DNA of 64,000 bases from the NCBI GenBank assembly GCA_001179505.1, contig CDMY01000420.1, positions 1 through 64,000 on the forward strand, in the 5' to 3' direction. Numbering within the stretch: the stretch's first letter is position 1; each line of letters opens with the position of its first letter. The notes under the pieces are model-generated. The model had not been told where the DNA came from. It made no database searches and saw nothing but the letters and a program-made list of their open reading frames with translations. The position numbers and the translations under genes were made by a program. This document shows positions 49,810 to 62,814 of the stretch, in pieces. The DNA comes from Vitrella brassicaformis CCMP3155 (taxonomy: Eukaryota; Protista; Chromerida).

Positions 49810-50274
49810 GGTATGAGTGAAGACCAGGCTTTGCGCTGCAGTGATTTACAACGATTTACTGCACTGCTTTGTAGTTTTCCGTTTGCTCTAACCTTCTGGA
49901 GGGAAAAACTCCGGTCGGTGTGCGCTGCGAGTGATGAACAAAACCGCATTCTCTCATCATGTGGACCGTTGCGTCCATCGCATCTTCCGTCTCATCATCT
50001 CATGTCGTATCTATCTATCCATCTATCTGGCTTGCTGGCTGGGTGGCTGCACTCACCTCACTCGTGCTAGCCACCACGCCAGCATTCATGGGACGGCAGC
50101 GTTAATGCGATGGAAAAAGTCAGCTGCTCACTCGACCACATCTCAGCTAGCTGTCGCATGCACTGATGCTCTCACTCTGTAGCTAGTGCCACCATCCACC
50201 GCATCATCAATCACATCACCTATGTACACCATCCATCCATCCATCCATCTGTAGGCCCACACCACACCCATCGG

Positions 50275-51464
50275 TCAGAACTGGTAGTAGGGGAAGCCGC
50301 CGTCGTTGAGCACTGCCTGCGTCACGATGCCGCCGAAGGCAAGCATGGCCAGCCGGCCGTTCTTCAGCTCGCGAGCTCTGCAGACACACGCAGACGCAAC
50401 CCAACGCATTCTTAGCCAACCATGAGTGTGTCCGTGGGTACCTACCTCATGGCGTCTTTGGTGCTGTCGTTCTTGTTCTTGTAGAAGTTGAGGGGGTCAA
50501 AGTTGTAGTCACCGGGCTCCCTCTCCGCGTAGAAGCCGCGCGTGAAGTCCCAGATCGTGATGCCGCGGAAAAACTCCAGGAAGCCAGCTGCCAACAGCAT
50601 CACCTGCACGCCAACACGCACAGAGAGGCCGACGAAATGAGCCAACCATGGCTGGCTGGTCAGGGCAGGCCATTCACTGCCTTGCCTTTGTGCCCTCCGC
50701 CTGCCCACCATCATATTCCCGCTGGCGACCATCTTGTCATGTGCCTCGGCAGCGGAGAAGCCCTGGAATTGTGCGCCGGGGAATCTCAGCCCCAGGTCGG
50801 TGGCGACGTACCCAAGGACACCCATCATGGCCCACCGACAGTGAGCGATCTCCGCCTCACGCAGCCAGTAGTAACCGTCGAGACCCTGCAAACCATCCGA
50901 CGGACACACAGCACGTCAAGTGCATGACTTTCCGGCCGCTTTGTGTATGGTGTTGGGTGTGCCCACCTGGCTGAGCGGCTCGGCGTCGTCGTAGAGGAGT
51001 GCGCCAGGGAAGATGGCTCGAGACCAGTTGATGTCCTTCCAGACCGTAGACAGCCTCAATGGGTCGAAAGGCTGCACCACATCAAGCACTGCAACCGTGA
51101 TGCTGTCCTCATTGCGTCTGCGTGTTTCCTGCCTGTCTGACAGACCTTGCCAGGGGAGAGGGCGAGCGCGTTCTCAGGGCCGACGCCTGGGCTGCCCTCG
51201 AGGGTCTCTTCAGATCCAGCCTTCGCCATCTCCAGCTGCGGTGTCCTCCCATCCCTGCCGCTTCGGGATGCAACTAAATCGCCCAGGCGGCCAGATGGCG
51301 CCACGAAGGCAGACCCTGTGGAGGAGGAACCTGTGGATAACAGCAGCACAGATCAGATCACCTCATCGACATACTGATCGCATAGATCTGTTGCCGTGGG
51401 CAGGATGAATGCTACCTGAGGCCACGGCAAGGGAGAGGGCGACAACCACCACTGCTGCCTTCAT
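50275..51464 (-). CDS. Light-harvesting complex protein (chlorophyll a-binding, Lhcr-like)
   Basis: MKAAVVVVALSLAVASGSSSTGSA|FVAP presequence. Motifs PFDPLRL, WLREAEIAHCRWAMMG, PGDYNFDPLNF and ARELKNGRLAMLAFGGIVTQ. Confidence 0.95.
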
Positions 51465-51572
51465 CCTCTCAGATCAACAGGGCCTTCTGGGCTCAGTTTA
51501 CAAATTCGCACCGCGATTGCGCAGGGTTTGGATCTGCGCGCTTAAAGGAGCACCACTTGAAGCCTTGACAGC
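51465..51572. promoter_or_regulatory. Candidate bidirectional promoter shared by two LHC genes
   Basis: 108 nt between divergent ATGs at 51464 and 51573. Confidence 0.6.
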
Positions 51573-52548
51573 ATGAAGTCAGTGATCTGTGCCATCGCTC
51601 TGCTCGTGGTTGGCGCTCATGCATTTGTGCCGCCTACGGGCTTCCAGGGAGCCCTGAGGTCCCGCGGCGCTGCCCGCCCTGCAACCACCATGGGCGCCGT
51701 CGATCAGCTGGCCGGAGCCGACGTCGAGGTGAGTTCGTCCCAACCACTTTGACGCAGGGTGGAAGGTGTCACTTGCATGTCCTCATCCGACCGCCTGGCT
51801 TTGTGTGCGCGTCCATTGATCAGACTGGCGGTGTGTGGGATCCCCTGGGGTTGAGTCAGAATGAGGACGCCCTCTCCCTCTACAGGGCGGCGGAGCTCAA
51901 GCACGGCCGCGTGTGCATGATGGCTGTTTTGGGGGTTATTGTCCAGACCTACTTCCAGCTCCCCGACCCCGTCTTCAACAACCCCAGGCCCCTGGAGGCC
52001 ATCGTCCAAGTCTGGCAACAGAGGCCAGAGGCTATCATCCAGGTGCGTACCTACATCACCCACACCGCTGCACACAGGACGCCTGCCCACCATCATACAG
52101 TCGGTGTGTGGCTACTTTCTGTGTCAGATCCTGCTTGCGATCGGGGCGACTGAGCTTTACTTCTTGCGCCAGAGCCCCGAGGACCCGCCAGGCAGCTTGC
52201 AGAACTTTGGCGCCGCCTTCAGGCCACGAGGTGCGCACACGGGAAGCTGACCGCATCAAGTCGCCGTGTCATGGTCGCGCTGTGTGTCCCTTCGTGATCC
52301 ACAGATGAGGCCAAGTTTGAGGAGCTGCAGCGGAAGGAACTCAAGAACGGTGGGCAACACACACACAAGACAGACAGCGAAGCGTCCACAGCATTCTCCT
52401 GTGTGGTGCGTGTGTGTGTTCAGGTCGTCTTGCGATGATAGGCATCTCGGGCATGCTGGTGCAGGAGGCGCTGACCGGCCAGGGACCACTGGAGCAGATC
52501 CAGGTCGGACACATATCGCCTTTCGGGGACGGACAGGGCTACTTCTGA
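51573..52548 (+). CDS. Light-harvesting complex protein (Lhcr-like)
   Basis: MKSVICAIALLVVGAHA|FVPP presequence. Motifs WDPLGLS, YRAAELKHGRVCMMAVLG, QRKELKNGRLAMIGISGMLVQE; ends GHISPFGDGQGYF*. Confidence 0.95.
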
Positions 52549-53639
52549 TCGACAAATGGGTCGATGGATGCATGGAGACGCGTACAGTAGACCGTGTGAC
52601 TGACTGACTGGCCCTGCGTGATGTCTGGTTTGCTTCTCATTTTGCCTTGCCATTCTTGACGGCTGGCTGGGTGGGTGGGGCGGGGTGGGGTGGGGTGGGG
52701 TCGGTGGGTGAAGTGATGGATGCATGGAATGACTGAGGAGGAAAGAAGGAAGGCTTTTTGCGTGTGATGTGATTGATGTGGATATGACGATGTTGAGCCA
52801 TTGATTGGCGCCACGTGCGGTGCTTCCACCCCGAGCAAGCGATGGAGGGATGGAATGATGGATGGGTGGATGGATTGCAACAGACAGACAGCTTGCTGCA
52901 TGGGCAGCAAGCTAATGCGTGCTGTGGACGCCATTGATGCATGGTGTCCTCGTCATTCAGGGCTGGTCTTCTTTGTTGTCCATGATGTACCTCCGCTGTT
53001 CGATCAAGTGACATGATCGAAGACGGCAGCGGTACGTCACGGCTTTGGCAAAAAGACCAGCGCTGCACGACAAGAAGAGGACGCTGCTCACTTACTGGGT
53101 TCGTATTGAGAACCACCCGATGTGCTGCGTGTCTGTCGTCTGTTTTCGTGTCTTCCTCCGTCACGCAACCGCTTGATGTCAGCCCACACATTGGGTGGAT
53201 GCGTGTGGGGGTGGGGACGCAGTAAAACAGAAGGCGGGCACCGAGCGAAGGGTGTGCTGGCCACATGGCAGGACGTTGCATGCAGTGAGACAGACAGACC
53301 TCTGCGATACGCACGCAAGGAAGATATTTTTGCATGTTATCGGGCTGCCAATTCGCCATGTGTCGCCAATGCTGATCACATCTTCATAGGAACAGGCGCC
53401 AATCCCTCACTCACTCACTGAATGCCATGCAAAATGGTCTGTGTTCCACCACGCAGCCCGTCTGTCCCTATGGCTGTCTCCATCGGTGTCACACACTCGG
53501 TTACTGGTCAATCGTCATGCGGGATGCCACTGGCTGGCATCGTCGGGCGACAGGGCACTCTTCACCTCCAACACTGAGCGCCAGTCAGGCGACGGATACC
53601 TTAAACGCACACAGACAGACAGACAATCGGTGTCTCCGA

Positions 53640-55997
53640 CTACAGATTGCTTCCAACCCACCACGTGTCTTTGGTGTCCGTGTTGACACGCGGCGATGGC
53701 GGGTGGTGCCCTTTCCGCTTCCCCTTCTGCGGCGAGCCAGACTTGTCCAGGTTGAGCGATTTCAGGCTCATCAGTAGCTTGGCTGTCGACGGGCGGCTGC
53801 TCTTACACACACCACTCAACGCAGGAACCGTATGAGACCGCCGCATTCCATTGGTCCTCCCAGCCTTCAACAACCGCAATGTCGGCTGGCCGGGGAAGAA
53901 TGGCGACACATAATTGGCCGTGTCAGCAGGGGCGCTGTGTGGTGCGGGCGGTAGGTGTGGGCTGGGGGGTGTGGGCAAGAGGCGGTTCGCAGGTGAGATG
54001 GGCGGAGACAGGATGTGGCTTGCGATGGCTGGTGGCTTGGCAACGGGTGACTGTGCGAGTGGTGTGTCGGATGGGCCGAGGAGAGCGGAGATGAGATTGG
54101 GGCGTGCGTTGCGGGTCTTGCTCGCCGCCCTGCGATTTGCGGTCATGTCCACCTGGACGCAAAAGAGGGAGTGAGTCGAATGAATGACCATTGACTTCTG
54201 TCTGATCAATGAATGAGTCTTACGAGTGATCCGGTCCGTCTGATACCCTGCTTGACCTTGACAGCGCTAGTGTATCCCCCTCCAAGGCTGCCCGACCGCT
54301 TCACCGGCTGCTTGTCGCCACTCATTTCCTTGCCTTTCTCCTTTTCCCTCTCCCTCTCCCTCTCCCTCTCCAGAGGCGGCAGATACTTGGCCTTCTTGTT
54401 CCGGTCAGCCTAATGGGTGGGCACACAGCAGCCAGCATCATCATAGCTGTCTGTCATCGAGTGACGTGACCACGTCTCACCATGTCTCGTACATCGTCGA
54501 ATACGAAAAGAGTGACGTGTCTCATCAGCCGCGTCTTGATAGGTGACGGGGGCGCCGTGGAATGGCTGGGCAGCGACAGGCCGGGCGTGTTGTGTCGCGC
54601 GTCCTCGATCTCGCGGATCAACCGGCGCATCTTCTTCTCGTGCACATTGCGGTGCCGCAATTTCCCTGTAATGGCTTTAGGGCTGTCCTCTGCATCGTTG
54701 ATCATGAGCAAATCCTCTGCCGACGAGAGAGAGGAGCTGCTGAGCCCATGAGGTGCGAGTCGGCTGACATCCGGCAAATCAACACTTCTCTCTCGTTTGA
54801 GCGGCATGAAGGTCCAGGGCGCCTTTCTCCCGCCCTGTCTGTGTGGAGGTGTGTCCTCCTCGCCAAATGGGTCCTCACACCAAGTGCCCTCGTCGCCGGT
54901 CAGCTCCTGCCCATGCGGGCTTTCACGCAGTCTGTCGGGTCGCTTCCGATGTCTCCTGTTCTTTTGTCGCTGCCGCTTGGGGAACCCATAGCACGCGGGG
55001 GAATCGCTGTCGCTGGACAGCGCATCCATGATGGCGGCCTGTGTCAGAGCGTCGCGAGGGACGAAGGTGGGCGGCTGCGAGGGCTTTCTCACCGACAGGT
55101 GGCGGCGCCTCGATCTCCGTGGTGTGGGCGGGGCCTTGACGTCTGGCAGGACGATGTGGGTGGCCTTTGTGAGGACGGACCACTGGCGCGGCTGGGCTCT
55201 GCTTCGAGACGAAGACCGTCTGAGCCTCGTCTCACTTGGTATGCCTCTCAAAGCCTCTAATGGGGAGCCATTGAGCTGCAGAAAGAGGGAGAATTAAGCA
55301 GACGCCGTGTCGTGACGGATCTTCCCTTCCTTCGTGCCCCGACCTGTAGTCCATTTGGTCCGTCACTGTACTGCTTCCTGGGGGCGACTTCTGGCGATTC
55401 CGTCGGTGAGTGGTCCGGTGTGGGCAGCTTGCGATACGGCCGCTTGGGCGACCTCCGGACTGTTGGTTCTTCCATTGGCTCATAGTAGCCGCTTTCCGCC
55501 AGACATGCTGTCATGAAGTTCCACGCCTCCGACGCCCCCTTGAGCGTCTCCTTCTCTGCTTCCACCCCAGCGGCTGCTCTCTCCTCTTTCGCCGGCTGGG
55601 GAACATGAGCAGGGAAGCCGTGATTGTGGTGGTGGGGACGCGGCTGCAGGGTCTCTAACAGTGTGTGTTTGCCTGAGGGCACTGCCCTGAGGAGTGAGGG
55701 GCTTGGAGCCAAAGGCCCGTTGAGGCCGAACACGCCCTTCCCGCCGCCATTTGTCGACCCCCATCTGCTGACAATTGGCGAGCCGTCCTTGTGCGGCTCC
55801 CTGTTGATCGGTGGGAGATGGTGTCTGTGGGCGTGGCTGACAGGTGGCGAGGGGCTGTTCCGTACTCTTCCAGAGGGGGCGATGTGGCCTGCCACTCTCG
55901 CAGGCACCCGCTTGGCAGTGACGGGAGGGTCAAGGGGAGGGGAGAGGTCGATGGGCCGCAAATCGCAATGCCGCTTCTCAGCGCTTCGAACTGACAT
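53640..55997 (-). CDS. Hypothetical Ser/Pro/Arg-rich, probably disordered protein (about 4 exons)
   Basis: Long minus-strand ORFs 55257-56045, 54454-55251 and 53640-54209 join via GT-AG introns; PNGLQ|LNGSPLEALRGIP is in phase. No domain recognised; start uncertain. Confidence 0.6.
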
Positions 55998-56358
55998 TGA
56001 GGGAGTCTCGTGAGATGAGGGGGATGAGTCAGAAACGCCGAACACTCCGAATGGGGATCGCGCTCCGTCTTGGCTCGCAAGCTAAGCTCGCAGATTCGTG
56101 CTGAGTGGACGAAAGGTGAGGAGTGTTTCAACATTGAAGAAACCTGGTGAATGAGAGCGCCACGAAGACTGAAACAGTGGATCAATCAACATACATCTTT
56201 CTGAGTGGAGGAGAGAAGGTACGGACGGCATGCGAAGATCAGTCACAGATGCACCGAACCACCCCCTCCCACATCACGTCCCGATGTGTGTGTGTATCTG
56301 CCAGCATCGGAAGACAACTGAGGCCTGAGAGTGTGGCAGGAGGACTCATCCAGGGAGC

Positions 56359-59300
56359 ATGTCGGCCACCAAGTTGTCTTCCATCTACTCTGCCCTGGAC
56401 AACGGCAACAACAAGAACGCCATCAAGCTATGCAACGGGACCTTGCAGAAGCAGCCGCACAACACCACGGCCAAGGCGCTCAAGGCGCTGGCCCTTCAGC
56501 GGCTGGGCAAGGCCGACGAGGCCCTCCCGCTGCTCGACGAGATCAAGCTTCAGAAGCCAAAGGACCCGGAACTCATACGGGTCGCAAACTGTGTCTATCA
56601 CGCCGTCAGGAAAGGTGAAGGAGGCAGCAAAGATCGATGGATGGATTGGTCGACCGAGTGATGGCTAATGCCTGCTGCCTGTCGTGGTGTGTCTGTCTGT
56701 CTGTCTGTCTGAAGAGCAAGATGCGCAGGAGATGTGTGAGGTGGCGTATCAGCAGGATCCCGACAACGAGGAGCTGGCCGTGGCCTACTTCTACTGCCTA
56801 CTCCGAACACGCGACTACGCCAAGCAGCAGCAAGTGGCCATGAAGATGTCCAAGAAGTTCAGCAAGCCAAAATATCTCAGGTGGAGCCTCATGGCCATCC
56901 TCATGGTACGTACGCACAATCCCTCACGCACACAAGCGTGCCGTGCTTGCCTCATCTCCCCCTCTGCCGGCCTGTCACTGATCGATCGATCAGTCGTCTG
57001 GTCTTGACGGTGCCGGCAGCAGGACCCTTGACCTCGCCGAAATGATGCTCGCTAAGGTCAGTCACCAGGGAAGGAATTATATGATCCAACAAAGTCGCAT
57101 CATCATGTGTGTTGTCTTGGCTGGTTGCTGTTCTGTTACTGCAGGCCCCGTTGAATGTGCCTCCCCGCGGTGCGGGCGCCCCGCCGGCGACCAAGGGGGG
57201 AGCGGCCAGCACACTCAGGGAGAGCTACGGACGTGAGCAGAGGCAGGCGACACGACAAACGGCCATCCCATCCTCTCTCGATGGCCTTCATGTTGCTTGT
57301 CTCTGTCTGGGTGTGGGGAGGGGATGTTTCAGTGTTCCTACTGCACATGTCGGTCCTGCGGCTCAAGGGCAAATACGCGGAAGCCCTCGGTGAGGGAGGG
57401 ACGGAGGGACAACCTAGCCAGCACTCCATGTGTCAGTCATGTGTTGTGGTGTGCCGTCACACATGTGGTGTGGTGTAGAGCTGTTGGGCAAGTGCGAAAG
57501 TTGCACCATGGTGCCGTTGGAGGACTATGCCCTCCGTGTGCAGCTGGAGGCCGAACGCGGCAGGCTCGACAAGGCCATCGAAGCCGTCAGGAGATACCTG
57601 CTGCACGAGTAAGCCACCGAGTCAGGCAGACAGACAGCGAGGGAAAGGGGCACCTACATGGTTGCAACAGATACCAGCACCAGCAGCATGCGTCGGTTCT
57701 GTCTGTCTGTCTGTCTGTGTGTGTCGCTGAATATGTCGTCCTTATGTAATATTCCCAGCAAGAATCAGTGGTGTGCGACTGAGGTGTTTGTGCGTCTGAG
57801 TGTGGAGCGGTCTCTGCAGGCGGGCCGGCAGAGGGAAGACGACGACCCGCTATGGACACTCGACTTCAACACAAGGGTCAGTTCAGTGGGGTGGGTGGGG
57901 TGGTGGACACAAAGAAAGAGAGCTCTGCTGTCGGTCTGGCCACACACACACACACACACTGATATCTATGTCTGGCTCTGTGTGTGTGTGTGTGTGTGTG
58001 TAGGTGAATATGGACGAGGCGACGGCCAATAGGATGTCGGAGCTGGGCGCTCTCAAGGTACACATGCATCCACTAGACCAAACCAGCACAATACGGGTCT
58101 CTGGAAATGCTGTCTGTCTGTTGGTCTGCCGGTTTGTTTGTCCTTCATTCATTGCAGACGTCTGACCCGATCAGCGATGCGTATTTGATGCTTCGTCACG
58201 TGCGTGACGGCATCATCAAGTTCTCCGACGCATCCATCACAGCACCCATGTCAGAACCACCCTCGCCAGAGGAGGGGTACGCTACGCACACAAACCAACA
58301 CCGACCGAATCAATACCAACACCCACCACAATTTTTGCACTTGACTTGCTGTGTGTGTGTGTGTCAGGCGAAGGTGGGCGTTGTGTGCTGAGCTGGAGCT
58401 GAGGAAACAGACGCTGGTCGTCCACGCAGAGAAGAAACTGCGCAAGAAGAGTAAGTAACGACAGACAAATGAGAAGTCGGCTTGATGATGGTGCTGGCAT
58501 GTGAATTGGGTTCCGTCTGTGTGTGTCAGTCGGTGATATGTCAGCGCAGGAGCTGTGGGGCGTGGCGTCGCAGCCAGAGGGGGCCTCCTTCATAGGACTC
58601 ATCGACACGTAGGCATATCCACTTGACACACCAACTGACTGAGGGATGCGATGCCTTCCCGTGCACATCAGGTATGCGGCCGAGTTCGGCGGGAGCCCCA
58701 CCTGCTTCTACGAGCTGAGGCCGTACCTCGCCTTCCTCGTAAGGGGTCACATCACGCCCTCCCCCCACACACAGATCTATTGATACGGGGCCACGGCCGG
58801 CTGCAATGGTGTGTAAGTCAGGACGAGGTGAAGGCCCGACAGCTGTCGGGTCTGCTGCGGCCCAGGGTGGTGGTGCCCCAAGATGGACACAGCAACGAGG
58901 TGAGGGAGGGATTGAGCGGGTGAGTGGGGACGGACACCACGGAGCAGACTCCTTTGTGTGTGGTGCAACCCTGACTGACGCAGAAGCGTCCAGTGCGCCA
59001 GTACATGTCACTGCACAAGATACTTCACGGTAGGTACAATGGCACCCACTGAGTGAGGACACCCTCACACAGCGCCCTTGCCTGGCCCGTCAGCTCTTCG
59101 GTGGCACATGCCCATTGACAAGGCGGAGCGCACCGCTGCCAACGGTGGTGGTGGTGGTGGTGATGTGGAGCGGGTGGCTGAGTGGCTGTGTGTGTACACG
59201 GGCCACCTGCACCTGGACCAGGACAAGTCGTCCATGAGCTACAACACCGTCGACGAGCTCACAGCACTGGCCGCCGAGGTGGGCATGGCGTGGCAGGGAT

Positions 59301-62300
59301 ACAGGCGCAGGGCAGATGCCAGATGATATGCGATGCGCATTGAAGTGTCTGTCTGTCTGTCTGTGTGTGTGTGTCTGTCCTGTCTCTCTGTAGGTGTTGG
59401 TAGAGATGGACGAGCGGCAAGCGAGAGGTAAATGCTCACTGGTGAGCACGGCAGACAGACAGACACCCTGACCGACAAACAACACCAACACTCCTATCCA
59501 TCCCCAGCCACGGCCAACGATGGATGGTGTCTGTCCAACAGAGGCCCATCGGCAAGGCAAGACAGTGCCCCTGGCGGAGAGGGAAGCCGTCGTATCGGCC
59601 CTTGCCGTGCTCGAAATGGTAGGCCCAACACAACACACCTCAGCCTTCTTTTCATGTCCTTGTGTGTGTGTGTGTGTGTGTGGTCAGTGCCTGGCCCATT
59701 CCGAGTACAATTTCCACGCCAGGTTCCTGAGTCTGCTCATCTACAGCCACTTGGGGCTTGGTGCGGCCGCCCAGTCCTTCATCGTCAAGCTCGACTTCAA
59801 GAACGTCCAGTACGAGGCACTCGGATACACGCTCTTCGACACATACTTGGACTCCGCCATGATGTAACCAACCCCTACACCACCCTCCACACACACACAC
59901 ACACACGCGCAACACGCAATACATTCACAACGACTTATCTGTGTGTCTTTCTTTATCTCCGTGTGTTGAATGATGTGATTGTGATGCAGCCCCGAGGCTC
60001 TGGAGGTGTGCAAGGAGATGTGTGAGTTGGAGGCCGACTTCTACCGGCAGACGCAGGACGCCATGCAGAATGCATACGAGCACGAGAGCTACGGCAGGGT
60101 CGCCGACTTCACCGCGGCACTCGACAGGATGAAGCGGTCCATGCAGCCCGTCAGGGCCGAGGTCATGGAGGGCCTCATGAACCTGCAGCAGGCACTGGGG
60201 GACACCTCCCAGGGCGACGGGTTTGGCGACATGGCGCTGCTCGTGCAGAAGGACATGCCAATGCTCAGGAAACACGCCGGTGGGTCGGGTGTTTCCAGAC
60301 AGACAGACAGACAGATGGTTCATCGTTTGTCGTTTCCCTCCCTCCCTGTGTGTCGTTGTGTTGCTTGCAGGGATGTCGTTGTCTTGGTACCAGCTGAATC
60401 AGGACCGGCAGGTGCATCTGAGGTGCACCTCCGTCCCCCCCTTCCCAGCGCTGCCGCCCTCACCGCCCCCATCCCTCACATCAGTCATCCCACCTGCCAC
60501 CTTCATCTCCCACCCCCCCACACACACCCAACCACAACACACACAGACACAGCCAACGGCAACCGGCGCCACGAAGACATCATCAGCAGGAGATGACGAC
60601 CACGCGAGCAGCAGCAGCCGGGGCAGCCACAGTGACAACGACGGGGGTGTGGCCAGCACCATCCGTAAGGTGCCGCCGGTGAGGTGCGCGTCTGTGCCAA
60701 TGCCTGTGGTGCCTCCTGTGGCTGCGGCCGAGGGTTATGGGGGCTTTGTGAGCCTCTTCCTGCCCAGGTTTCAGGAGATGCCGGCTTGCCTTAAGTGAGG
60801 GAGGGAGTGGCCGGCCAGGGAAGGGAGGGAGGGGAGGCAGGAGGGGTGCTGTGCTGTGTGTGCTGGAGAGAGTGGTGTGGTGTGGGTGTATGTGTGTGTA
60901 TGGCTTGATGCAGGATGTGGGCGACTGCGTTGTCGATAGTGTGTCTGCTGTACGAGAAAGACCTGGACGAGGCGTCAAGGATGCTCAGCGACCTCCGACA
61001 CCTCATGGCCATCACAGGTGTGTACCACACACACAGACAAATACACACACATTGCCAGGAAGACTCTTTCCCCCGTCTGATCCACATTCACCCACTCGTC
61101 AGGCATCATCCAGGCCCAGCAGCCTCTCCCCAGGCCAGAGCATGACACAGCCTTGCCATCACCGCCCACCGACGACACCGACAGCACGTCAGCAGCAGCT
61201 GCAGCCGATGCCGCAGATTCGACGGACGGCACTGCCCCTGCACCGTGCAGCAGGTTGTGGTGGGGCGATGACGCCCACGGGATCAGCTCCCCACCACCGC
61301 CGTGGGACACTACATCTGGAGAGCCATCGGGCAGAGACAAAGCGGTGAGTGAAAGCAAACGAACAGGGCATATGGCTGTGTGTCAGTCATATTTGGTTTG
61401 TCTGTCTTTGACCCGTGCGTGTGCGGCACGTGACTGGCAGTTTTGGCGGATGACCTATCTGTGTCTGGATGTCGCCCATCGGGTGCTGGAGGCGTGTGGG
61501 CCGTCCCATCCCAACGGCAGCACTAGCAGCAGCAGCAGCCGCCCACCACCGAAGCCCTCCCCCGCCCCTGCCTCCACTGCCCCCCTGGCAGCGTCCAGCT
61601 CCTCATCCCTATCGCTCGCAGACGGCCCCGACCCATCACACACACACCGATCTCCAGCCGTTGATGACGTGTCGGTGCGGGCGGGGTCGACTTGGGAGGA
61701 TGTGGAGAGGGGGCTGGAGGTCCTCACGCAACTGCTGCCTGGTCAGGCCTGACATCAGGGATTCTGCTGTGTGTGGTGGCGGAGCACTTGGAGCTGCTTG
61801 GCTGTGCGTGTGTATGCGTGTGGTGTGGTGCAGATGTGATGAGGATAGGTGGTGGGCTGGAGACTGCGGATGAGAGCAAAGGCAAGGAGGCGGGCGGGAC
61901 GGCTGAGGCCGCTGGTGGTGGTGGTGGTGGTGATGCGGCAGTGGGGCGGTTCCAGCGCTTCATGTGGGATGAGGGCGGGTGCACAGGTGCGGTGGGCTGA
62001 GCTGAACACACAGCAGGCGACGCGACCAGTGATTGCAATGATGTGCCGTCCCGTCTCCGTTTCTTGTCTTGGTTCAGGTTGCAGCCGTTTCCTGCTGGGT
62101 CCGCTGCTGTTTGTGACGGCCCTCTTCCCCTGGATCGCACAGACCATGCCCAGGGCGCGCAAAGACAAAGACAAATCCGCCGTGAGCACAATAAATAGCC
62201 ATAAACAATGGCCATGCCGATGACAGACAGCATCACAGGACGTTTCTCTCTTGGTCCCGGCTGCGTTGGTTGCTCTGTCTGGTTGCTCTCGTGTCAGGGT

Positions 62301-62814
62301 CCGTCTGCCGTCCATGCGGCCCGCATTGCCTTCAAGGGTTGCATCACGGCCTATGTGTCGGAGCTGACGCGGCTGTCGACCATCCTCGGCAGGGCGCGCC
62401 AGGCGATGGCCGACAAGCCGAGCGACGCACCGACAGGGGGGCTGTTCCCGGACCAGGGGGAGCTTACCAAGGTAGGTGACCACCAACACGCTGTTGTGTG
62501 TGTATGTATGTGTGTGGGTGGGTGCTGGTCGGTCAGGAGTTGGATGTCTATCGACGTTCGGTGGCCACTCAGATACTCAGCTCACAGAGGCAGCAGCTGC
62601 ATAGGCTCAATGAGGTCAGCCAGCCAGCCAGCCACTTGGTGCGGGCGGTGCCATGGATGAGATGAGTGGACGGACGGACGGATGGATGGAAGGCACATAT
62701 CATCCCGGCGTGTCGTGCGCCTCTCTCTTTGTTTGCATCTGTATGGCCGTGTGTTGTGTGCAGTTGGTCCAGAAGAGGCTGCAGGTGCTCAGGAAGATCA
62801 CTTTCAAGCCCTGA
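56359..62814 (+). CDS. NAA25: N-terminal acetyltransferase B auxiliary subunit (Naa25/Mdm20)
   Basis: MSATKLSSIYSALDNGNNKNAIKLCNGTLQKQPHNTTAKALKALALQRLGK, DPDNEELAVAYFYCLLRTRDYAKQQQVAMKMSKKF..YLRWSLMAILM, YAAEFGGSPTCFYELRPYL and SEYNFHARFLSLLIY..LG..LDFKNVQYEALGY are Naa25 TPR-family motifs. Ends KRLQVLRKITFKP*. Confidence 0.93.
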
